A stretch of DNA of 51,071 nt, filler included, from Streblomastix strix (Eukaryota): assembly GCA_008636045.1 (NCBI GenBank). It is 2 parts of 2 records of this genome, joined end to end, with 100 filler letters (N's around TTAATTAATTAA, not from the genome) between each part and the next. Parts side by side here need not be neighbours in the genome. Positions count along the whole stretch, not along the records: positions 1 to 25,488 come from SNRW01000199.1; 1 more part is not named here. One strand, 5' to 3'. Numbering within the stretch: position 1 is the first letter of the stretch; the number at the start of each line of letters is the position of its first letter. Shown in pieces: positions 1-10,423 of the stretch. The notes beneath the pieces are model-generated. The model made no database searches, was not told the DNA's origin, and worked only from the letters and a program-made list of their open reading frames with translations. A program made the translations under genes and the position numbers.

Positions 1-380
1 TCCAACGGGTATAAATATTCAAAACACTTAAATTATGATGGAAAATGGCGACAGTAATCTATATGGATTCTTTCTCTTCGTTAGCCCCGTGGGGTAATTC
101 TATGGATTCATGGGTATAAATATTCATTTTCGAGTTGTTTTTCAGAGTAATATAATTATTTTCTTAGTATAAAGATAAAAAAAAGGCTTTTTTTCGTTTA
201 TTTCACCCTTAAAGTATTGATTGATAGTGTATTATTAGTGAAAAAAGATAAAAATAAGTAAAAACCTGTACTAATTGTATCCTTAAAACATTGAATAATA
301 CTTTTCGGTGAAAAAAGATAAATTTAAGAGCTATTTTCCATCATAATTTAAGTGTTTTGATGATTTATACCCGTTGGACC
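1..380. mobile_element. Non-autonomous TIR element (MITE-like), about 380 bp, left end clipped by the contig start
   Basis: 1-46 (TCCAACGGGTATAAATATTCAAAACACTTAAATTATGATGGAAAAT) is the reverse complement of about 333-378 with 2 mismatches. The interior is AT-rich with no recognisable ORF. The right TIR is followed by CC and then TA. Confidence 0.75.
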
Positions 381-440
381 TATCGAGTCGCCTTAATTTG
401 AGTATATATTTTTTCTTTCATTAGTACAAGTTTCACCAAT

Positions 441-773
441 AGCTAACTACTAGCGAAGAATATGAAAGCATCATCTTACGAATACTTATCAAAAGCTGTT
501 CATTTAGTCATGAGTGCAGCTGGAGTTCATAAAGGAAACTCAGTTATGTCAATCAGAAAGTCTTCAATCACAAAAACTATCAATCAGGGAGCAACAATTC
601 AAGAGATCAGTAGAGCTTCTAGACATAAAGATGGATCTAACACTGTTGCAGTACATTACGATATGAATTTAAATGATACAATAAGAGAGAGACTAACAAA
701 CTTTGAATTACATTACAGTCTCACAATAAAAAGGTAGTACAGATTAAGTGGATGCTAGATAATCTCGTAATGA
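441..773 (+). pseudogene. C-terminal fragment of a retroelement tyrosine recombinase (DIRS-like YR), 5'-truncated
   Basis: SIRKSSITK...EISRASRHKDGSNTVAVHYD carries the R, RH and Y catalytic pattern of tyrosine recombinases. With TAR=Gln the frame ends at TGA 771-773. The N-terminal part is absent and the start coordinate is approximate. Confidence 0.75.
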
Positions 774-1293
774 AATGGAGAGGTTATCGTAGCTATCCAC
801 GTATCTGGAATACTACCTTTTTCCCTCCCATGAACTTCATTCTCCTCCGATATATTTACTAATTTGCTGAAGACTTCAGTTCATTCCCTCCCTATGAGTA
901 TTTTTTATTTGTAGTATTTTAGTTTATTTTGATTATTTAGTTTACTTCATTTAACGTTTGATTAAGAGGGCACCACACCTTTATTTGTTATATTTTAATT
1001 ATTATCTTTCTCCTTTATTTAACTCATCTATAGTCGCTCAACAATTTTTAAATTTAAGATACTAACTTTCATTCTAATACTATCTTTTAACCAGTCTATT
1101 TAAACGCATTAACTTGATAAAAATGATATTAACAATTTTTGTTTATTACGTTTAAAGTTAAATTTTAAATTGTTCGTAATTTAATATAATATTATACATT
1201 TCGTGAATATTTTGGGGTTTCGTTGACTGGACCCATTGCCTTCGGTTACAGTCTCACAATAAAAAGGTAGTATTCCAGATACGTGGATAGCTA
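441..1293 (+). mobile_element. 3' end of a DIRS-like tyrosine-recombinase retrotransposon with an internal complementary region
   Basis: The YR fragment is followed by an exact 27-bp direct repeat (713-739 = 1246-1272). The 33-bp segment 790-822 is the exact reverse complement of 1261-1293. Sequence switches abruptly to the tubulin pseudogene after 1293. Confidence 0.7.
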
Positions 1294-1890
1294 TGAAGAT
1301 ATAACGCCACACTTCATTATCAATATAAGTCATTTCTTAGACATTCTCTATAAGATTATGAACAGATATTGTGCAGTTATATGGCATTACGACTGTATAA
1401 GACAACTTTAGGTGATGATGCAATAGAAAATGTTCATTTCATATGATCCTGATACACTTCGCAAACTTTTACAATCAGAAGTGTTTTCATTCCAGCTCCT
1501 GTACCTCCACTGAGTGAGTGACAGATCTAGAATCCATGCAAGCAATCACATTCTTTTGCACACTTACATACTACATCCATAACGCTATTATTTAATTCTG
1601 CTTTCTCTGTATAACATCCTTTTGTCTAGTAGTTAACAGCTTTAGTCTGCTCGAATATGAAGTTGTCATGATGAAATATTTGTTTGAATGGTCAAATACG
1701 CACTGAATCTATCGTTTGGGGTTCGAGTTCAACAATGATGCAACGAGGAATGTACTTATCGCCAGTTGCTTCGTTGTTGTAAACTTCGTTTTGTTCCTGC
1801 TAATGCTCAGACTCTCCTGGTTATTCATCAGTTGGAATAATTCCATATTCTTCAGAGATGACTTATCAGAACTTCGCCATGATTCAGTTT
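1294..1890 (-). pseudogene. TUBB: Beta-tubulin pseudogene (about residues 13-212), 3'-truncated at the retroelement end
   Basis: Minus strand reads AKF*QVISEEYGI...[29 protein letters not shown]...[25 protein letters not shown]...DNE. In-frame TGA at 1866-1868, 1692-1694 and 1434-1436, and a frameshift near SPKV. Confidence 0.95.
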
Positions 1891-3145
1891 CTGCATATAA
1901 ACGAGAAAATTAAATAAAAAAGGAAAAATAACAATTGGTCAAAAATAATTAGTATTTTACTAAGCTAAATCTTTTAAAATAAATAAGGCAAATAATCACT
2001 TTTTAGTTTATTAGAGAATTAGCATCTTTTTAAGAATTAATTTTCTATAACTTGTGATATTTATTTTTTTAATTTTTATACAATTAATTAAAATTATTTT
2101 TTTACTCCTTTAAATATTAAGCGAGTTATAAAAATAAAATAGTTTCATTTTTATTAATGAAAATTAATAAATTTAAATAATAAATAATTCTTATTTTAAA
2201 AAATTTTTTCTAAAATTAAAAATGCATAATTTTTCAAAATTCGTAAATTGGAAAACATTTAAATTCTTTTCATTTAAATATAAATTCTTTTTCATTTCAA
2301 TAATTTTTAATAAAATTCTAATTTAATTTTTAAAAATATTTAAAAATTAATTTAATAAATTATTTAAATATAAATTTTAAATTTTTTCTTATAATTAAAT
2401 AAATTACTCATTTTTAGAATTTGTAAAAGCTTTCGTTAACAGAAAAGGTATGCGAAATGATTGAAAATTAATAGATTACAAAAAAATGTTATAATGTACT
2501 TAAGTTTAAGCTTTTTGTCTTACATATTTGCAAGTTGTCGTAATTAATTTTTTATAAAAATAGTTATAATTGGAATTTATCGAACAGATTGATTTGCTTT
2601 AGTTTAAAATCCAATAATTAGTAAACCATGAATAAAAATTAATACTCGTGAATGACAGCTTCGATTATCAAACTATAAAAAACATCTCTTGAAAATTTAA
2701 TAATTGCAATATTTGGAACTAGTTTAGTTAAAATTTTAAAAGCCCATATTTCTTTAATCAAATATTTGGTAATATTCATACAATTTTCAACTCGGTGTCT
2801 TTCGCAATTAATTTCTTCTTAAAAACATTATATCCATCACAAATTTGCGTATTTTTTAAAAATTTTATAAAAAAAAAATTATATAGGGTCTTTGAAAAAC
2901 CTATTGAAAATATAGAACTTCCTGAAAGATCAAACATAAAGATAATACTTACTTTTAAATATTTTATAAATAACTTTATATGTTGATAATATATTATATG
3001 CTGGAAATGAATTTGAAACATTGATATTCAAGATAATTTTAACTAAATAATTTTGATAATCTATTTTAAAACTTATTCAATGAATTTACATTTATTATAA
3101 TCCACAAAATAAGTTTTTTATTTTTTATCCCCACGAACAAAAAAA

Positions 3146-4972
3146 ATGCCTCGTTTAATTCGAAATCCATTAAAGGTTGCCGAAATCAAGCAGCTATTAA
3201 GTACAAAATAAATAATGCTCTGCATATTCCCATTGCAATTAGCATGGGAATTGCTTGTTGTAAGAGGATATTAGCGAGCAAACATTCTTGACGCCGGCGT
3301 TGTATCCAGATGGCAGGTAGATCATGTTTCTGATGTTTTAAATCACCATCGGTAACTAGTGCATGAAGGCGGACCATCAGAATTGTGGCCAGAAAAAGAG
3401 AAACTGTTGTTGGATTGGATTTACCAAAGAATTTACAGAAAATAATACCCAAGTAGACCACAGATTCAAAGTCAAGCTGATTCGATAAGAAGAAATAATA
3501 TATAGAGAAATTTAGAAGAGATGAAAGATTTACCTGTCGGTTGGGCAGATCACTTCATCGAACGTAAAAAAGAATTTAAAGTTCTAAGAGGTCACTTACT
3601 AGATTGGAAGAGATTGAAAGCATGCATTAAGAAAAATCTATTACCATTTTATAGAAACTTCCAGTAAATAAGTAAGAAATACATGCCAGGAAAAATTTGG
3701 AATATCGATGAAACAAGTTGCAACCCAGAAGCACGTCAAATTTAGCTAGTTTGCAACAAAAGTTGCAAACATGCAACTGCTCTAGAACCAAAAAAGCATC
3801 AGAACACTACAGTTACATTATGCATAAATGCGGCAGGTCATAAAATTAAATCCTAACTAATCTATAAAAGAGTCAATGTTCCAGACTAATTCTCTTCGTT
3901 GGATCCGTAGAGCGTTGTTGTCTATACAAATAATTCTGGGTACTTGACTAAGGAAACATTCAAAGATTATATGACAAATGTAGTCTTTCCAGCAATTATG
4001 AACTATAGAGAATCAACTGCTTAGCTAATATAACATAAAGAAAAGAAAGAAACAAAAGAAATTAATGGAAAGAAGGAAAAGAAAGAAGCGAATGAAGTTG
4101 AGCTAAGGAGCTTGCTAATAATTGATGGACATAGTTCAAGGATTTAGCCAGAATTATGGAGAATTGCATATTCATAAGGAATTGATGTTCTGACCATACC
4201 GTCACATTCTTCAACAGTTGCCCAACCTCTTGATTGTGGCACTAATGCAACTTTTAAATAAAAGCTTGCTAAGTTTATGGCACTAACAGAAGATCGCAGA
4301 GAATCTGACATATATGCTAAAGCTCCATCAGCAGCAGCAGCTTATCGTACTTGTTTTGCAGATTCGTTTGAAGATGCCTTCACAATTGCTTTGATGCCAA
4401 GCTCCGTACGCGCTGCATGGGCAGCCTCTGGTTTAGTGCCTTACGATGAATCAGTTTTGAATAATTTACCAGATGAAATTGAAGACAAAGGAGAATGTGC
4501 GAAGAAAGTGCAGGTTTAACTATTTAATTATTCAGGATAGATGATAACTACCAATTCGTTTCTCAATGACTAGGAATCGTGGATTGCGATTTAACAATCA
4601 AAGAAATTAAAAAGAAAAAGATAAGTTGAATCTTAAAATGATGAGGAAATAAAATTTTAATTTAATGAGAGAAATGATGGAGATTTATCAAATGATGGAT
4701 CATTTAGTGATTAAGGAAACTAAACACCTAATAAATGAAAAGATTAAATAAGAAAGGAGAAGAATAGATTAAGTGCAAAAGTATCAAGACAATTAAAAAT
4801 GTTGAGATGGAGTGAATCAGAAGAAGAGGAAGAAGAATAATGCACAAGTGATGATGATGAAAGTATTCTCATCAAAGAAATCATTCCAAACAATAGAAGA
4901 TTAACACGAAATGATGAAGGTATTTCGGTTGAAGCTCCACTTACAAACTTAATTGACCTAACTGATGATTGA
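3146..4972 (+). mobile_element. pogo/Fot1-like (Tc1/mariner superfamily) DD35D transposase, near-intact
   Basis: With TAR=Gln a single intronless frame runs from ATG 3146. It has a CENP-B-like HTH region (GWADHFIER), then WNIDET, TVTLCINAAG, NNSGYLTKE, LLIIDGHSSR and IPSHSSTVAQPLD. First TGA at 4736-4738 (530 aa); the same frame stays open to TGA 4970-4972. No TIRs were identified. Confidence 0.9.
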
Positions 4973-5346
4973 ACTAATTCAGAAATTATTTCAATTCATT
5001 TATACTCTTTTTATCTGTCAAACTCGTTCGTAACTGTTTTCATTCATACACTTTCAGCCTCAACCAATTCACTGTTATAGATCAATAATTCATTCTAATT
5101 TCTATCCTTGTATAATAAATAGCTTATCTCAAAAAAAAATCAGTTTAAAACCAAAAAAATACATAATTTAAAAAAATCAAACCTGATTTACAATTAATCT
5201 TACAAAACTTGTTTTAGTAGACTTAATTAGTTGAACACCCAATCATTATGAATGAATTCACCAAATGCGCACATAGCAGCTCCATGATGTTCTTACACTA
5301 ATTATGAATGTGAAAGATAATAATAACTCGTTCACCAACTTAATAT

Positions 5347-6954
5347 TCATAAAGCGGGTTTATTATCATCAGAATCTTCTGTCTCTTGTGTCTTTTATCT
5401 ATCAGATCCACCATTACTTTTATAAACTCTCTCTATGATAGGTTCTGCTGTCTTTTTCAGAGATTTCAACTGATCTTCATATTCATCCAACTCAGCAGTT
5501 TTAATCACATCTAACCAATCTAAAGCATCTTGAGCAGTTGATTCAATAATTTTTCTATCAACATAGCTAATTTTCTCTCCTAATTTATCCGAATATTGAA
5601 CTAAATCTTTCAAACGGTATTCATACTGTTCTATTTCAATATCCTTTTGAACCCAAATCAGCAGCTGACACTGACATGATTCAATTGGCATCGATCTCAT
5701 ATAGAACCTATTGGTATAATAAATGAATTCATATATGTATAAATATTATTAATATAATTTGTATTAATATTAATATTATATTTAAATAAATAATAAGTAA
5801 AAAAAATTATTTAAATTTGAACCTCAATTTAAGGAACTCCTCTTTTTGCTGGTGGTATATCACTTAGTTTGAATTAGCTTAATTCGTGATTGTCTTTTGT
5901 CATAGCTCTTTCACCTGATATAAATAGTAATTATAATTGATAATAGGAATAAGAATAAATATAATAATAATATATAATGATATAAATCGAATAAATAAAT
6001 TATGTATTTATTATATAAAATAGTAATATACTTTCAAACACTTGATTAAGAACTTAATTCTGGTTGTCTTGATATGTTTAGAACACCATTGTTTTCTTAC
6101 ATGGTATGATTGTGTTTCGATCCATTAGAATAGTCATAACTCCACCTTATAAATATATATATATATTTAATATAAACAATTATAAATGAAAACATCTAAT
6201 ATTGTTCATTAATAATTTAATTTAATTTTAATGAATTTTTAATTATAAAAAAAAATCTTTATTTTTATATCTTATTAACAGTTTCAATTCCCAATGTAAG
6301 TGATATTCGATCAATGATTACAATATCTTCTCTTTCATTGTATTATGAAGAATCACCACTCAGAATTACTGCTTGATTTGCAACTCCTACAATAGACACA
6401 ATTATTAAAAAAAGTTATAAATAAATATAATTTTAAAAAAAAATCAAATAAATAATTGAGTTAATTTTTCAAAATAGAGATAATATAATCAGCAACTGCT
6501 TTGTCTGGATTGATTACTATTGCTGGCTCTATTCCGTTAAAGAAATCCTAATTAATAAAAATAAATTAATAAAAATAAATAAATAAATTGAATATATGTA
6601 TGCAAATACATATTAATGATTTAAATGATATTTTTCATATTATATTTTAGATATAATGTTTAAAAAAAATTACCTTTACAAGTTGAATGACTTTTGGAAT
6701 GCGCGATGTTCCACAAACCATGATAACTTCATGAATATCACATTTCTTCAATCAAACATCCTGCAATATTTATTAAATTGGTTTGTTTAAATAATATAAT
6801 GAAAAAAAAATTAATAAGAAATTATATTATAATAAAACTTAAATCTATTTTAATTTTCTTTTTATGAATACCTGAAATCTTGTCCATCAAAGAAGTTATC
6901 TTTCTCAATGACTACTTAAAATGTTGTACTAAATTCGCATTCTGCTTTCTCAAC
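5347..6954 (-). pseudogene. HSP70: Hsp70 (BiP-like) pseudogene, C-terminal half, introns retained
   Basis: Exons read VCGTSRIPKV, DFFNGIEP..INPDKAVA, LTLGIETV, GGVMT..TYQDNQ, GERAMTKDNH..IPPAKRGVPQIE and ALDWLD..ELDEYE. In-frame TGA at 6752-6754 and in EIDAN*I, an internal deletion/frameshift near 5640, and no N-terminal ATPase exons upstream. Confidence 0.9.
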
Positions 6955-8520
6955 CTAAACGATAAAATTAAAATTAAGATTAAAATAATAAAAAATATTG
7001 CATAAATAAAAAAATAAAAATAACAAAAGTAAACAAATCAGATTAATAAAATATATTAGATATATACAAATTAATTAATAATACATATCTCTAAATCCAT
7101 TTACATATAACATATATATATTATCGCAAACCTCCAAGATCATAAAATAAATATTAAACTTTTGAAAAAACTTATTTCTCTAAAAATTATTAAACTTATG
7201 CGCTTTTTTCTCTTTAATATATATTGGAAATAGTTCATAAGTAATTTAAATATAAGAATTGAAAAAATTTTATCGAAAAAGGAATAAAATTATTTAAATA
7301 AAATAGTAATTATCTATAAAAATTAATTAATTTAAATTACGAAATAAAATATTTGATTATGAGACAAAAAGATATTTTAAAATTTGAAATTATAAAATTT
7401 CTATTAATTATCAAATATTCTTTAGGAATACTAATTTATTAATGTTTAGTGAACTTTACATATAGGAATTTTGATGAAATTAATAAATAATGAATATAAT
7501 TCATTAAATTGAAATAATTATTATAATTGAAATTTTAATTAATATTTTATTATTAAATTAAATGAAAATAAGATCATTTAGCGAAAAAAACATTTTAAAA
7601 ATTTAAGACTTTTAAAAATAAAATTTTAGAACCAATGAATAATTTTTCATTTAATTTATAATTTTTAGCTTCATTAAAAATATTTAATTTATTTATAAGG
7701 AAAATATCTTTATTCATACTAATTTATTATAAATTTTTTTTGAATTTTTAATTTTTAATTCTGGACATAACAAAAAGAAATTTTCGTTTCCAGCGCCAAA
7801 TCATATATTAATATAATATTTTTGAGTTTAATTATTATATTTTATTAAATAATTCTAAAATTATACTTTCATTAGGTTTTTTTGCATTCATGAAGTTTTT
7901 CAATTACCCTACGAAGCAGAAACGAGATGAATCGTAACGCAAAATAATCCTTAATGAAAATTTTTAATCAAAACAAAATATAATTAATTAAATAAAGATT
8001 TATTTTTAAATTTCTAAAATTTGATGATATTTATTCACAATAACAAAATAAAAAAAATATATTCAAAATGTTTGCTTAAAAAAATTAAATTTGAACTAAT
8101 TTCTATTTTAAAAATTTAAACAAATATAACTATAATTAAATTCTTGCTTGTAATGAAATCACAACTTGTCCCCAAAGAATAAAAATTTCCATAGATTTAC
8201 TTCAATTATTGGTTTGAGTATTAATACATATATATACTATTAAATTAAAATAAATATAATTATTGTGAATAGAATAAGTAAAAATTTTAAAAAAATATTT
8301 ATTTGAATCGTGTTATTTCATTAAATAAATGAAAAATTTTAAATTTATCTAATCCCTTTCACTTAATTCATAGAAACTCTTATACTTATTCAAAATTCAA
8401 TAATATTAAAAACTTTATATTACAATTTATACTTCATAATTATAAAATATAATTCGTTTCTTATATAATTTTATCATCTTTTTCTCATTGATGTTTAATC
8501 TAGATTATTTAGCATTAATC

Positions 8521-9486
8521 ATGCCAGAAAAGAAATCCATTGATGTTTTAGTGATAATATTCAGAATTTGCTCTGGAGTTCTAATCATAATTCCGCTCAT
8601 ACTGTCCTTTTTCATCTTCGCCAGCAAGAATTATGATATTGATCGAATGTTCTAGATATGGTTCGCATATCTTTCATATATCGTATGAAATAAAATTCAT
8701 ATTAATTTGTTAATATATTCATAAATATTTATTTCTATTAATTGCAATTAATCATTAATAGATAATGGGACTACAAATTGTTTCAGGAACGCATTTCTTC
8801 GTTTTCCAAAGAGCATTTGGAGCTAGGATTCTGATGAAACTGCATATGTGGGTATGCAAAATATTGATTCTATTTCACAGAATGTTATTTTCAATTTGAA
8901 CAGGCTACCCCAGTTATGCTGTTGACGGCACTGCTTCATATGATCCTCATGGCATTCGCTTCGTCTTGTGCCGGTAACTACGGAAGATGTATTGTGAATG
9001 TAATTATTGATGGAAACCCATACTAAATTCTAGCTCGTATTGGAGTTCTGATTCTCATTGTATCTACTATTGTTTCTTTGCTCAGGTTGTGCTGTGTAAA
9101 GAAAATGCCATTGATAGTGTGGAGGATATTCCACTATCTCTTCTATGTTGCATTCTACTTCGTTACTTTCCATATATTCTCCAATGGAATAAAGTGTGCT
9201 TATTATAATTTAGCTTTATTAATATTAATTCTATTTATAACTGTTATTTAGGGTGATAACTGTAGCAAAGGGACATGAAGGTGCAGCTGATAAAATGGAT
9301 AACAACATCTTCAAAGCTGTTCATCTAGTCTTGCCAATATATCTTCTCATTCTCACAACGGTTGCTGTTATCATCAGAATTATTACTCAGATTATTCGGA
9401 TATTGAACCAGAAGAAGAAGAAACAAGAACTGCAGAATAGAAATTAGTACCAATCCAATGAAAATTAACTTATTGAACCTGCTTGA
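8521..9486 (+). CDS. Stand-alone ferric-reductase-like (FRD / MsrQ-like) transmembrane protein, 258 aa, 4 exons
   Basis: Exons 8521-8682, 8762-8851, 8904-9193 and 9252-9486 join in frame via GT-AG introns. About six hydrophobic segments. KLHMW...ALLH (H-x13-H) and WRIFHYLFYVAFYFVTFH (H-x12-H) match the bis-heme His spacing of the FRD superfamily. Confidence 0.75.
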
Positions 9487-10423
9487 AATTTTAATTTTAA
9501 TTTTATTAATTATTTTTTTAATTTCAATGAATAATAGTCACTTATGTATTGTTAATGTGATTAAATTTAGTTTAAAATTTAAAGTATCTTAATTTCAATA
9601 CAGAAGTATTTATATTAACTGTTCAAATCTTTATTCCCATCTTAAACATGTTAAAAGTATTATTCAAATTTTATTTCTATTTTTAAATTAATATTCAACT
9701 GAAGGTGTTCCTGACCTTTTATTCTCTTCATATTCCCCAACTTTTTATTCAAAAACTTCATATAAGTATTATGAATTCTGAATATAGTAATAATAATAAA
9801 ATTATAAACATATAATTTGTAAAATTAGATAATAAAATACTATTTTTCATTCTCTTTTGCACTCTTCTGATGGTAATTCACCACTATTAACATCAATTAT
9901 TAGCTTTACTTATATACTTTAATACTATTTCTCATTTTGTTTCTTTAATTCAAATAATATTATTAAAAATGTATGAATTTAAAATAAAAAATTCAATAAA
10001 TACAAATTAAACAAAATAGTATATAAATTTAACTTTTACTTGTATCGAAAACTAAGAATTATTAAAGAAAAATATTTTTTTTTTGAAAATTTATTTTTAT
10101 TTAATTTTTTAGATGAATCTGAATAAATATTGTATGAATTTTATTAAATATATTAAATATATTAAATTAAAAATTATTAGAATTTATAAATCTGGTAAAA
10201 TTGCAGTATATTAGTTGGAATTATTGAAATTTTAATAAAAATATGTAACTTCAATATTTGTAAAAATATCGTTTAATAATTGAATAGCTAATATAAACAA
10301 TATTGTTTTAATTTGATTTAAGGATATTTTGAAGATTATTATATTTCACACAGCAAAATAATGATAAAACAAAAAATAAAAAAAATTGATTGACTATTTA
10401 TTTATTTATCGTTTTAATATCAA

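Noticed and set aside
860..885. CTGAAGA resembling a hammerhead ribozyme core
   Set aside because: It lies in a simple CTGAAG-A-CTTCAG palindrome; no downstream GAAA or three-stem arrangement was found.
5347..5361. C-terminal KPAL of the Hsp70 copy as a novel ER-retention signal
   Set aside because: The locus is a heavily mutated pseudogene, so the motif cannot be taken as functional.
9690..9960. Exon-like minus-strand fragments (VKLIIDVNSGELPSEECKRE*)
   Set aside because: Short, interrupted by TGA and with no recognisable family; possibly a decayed remnant but not supportable.
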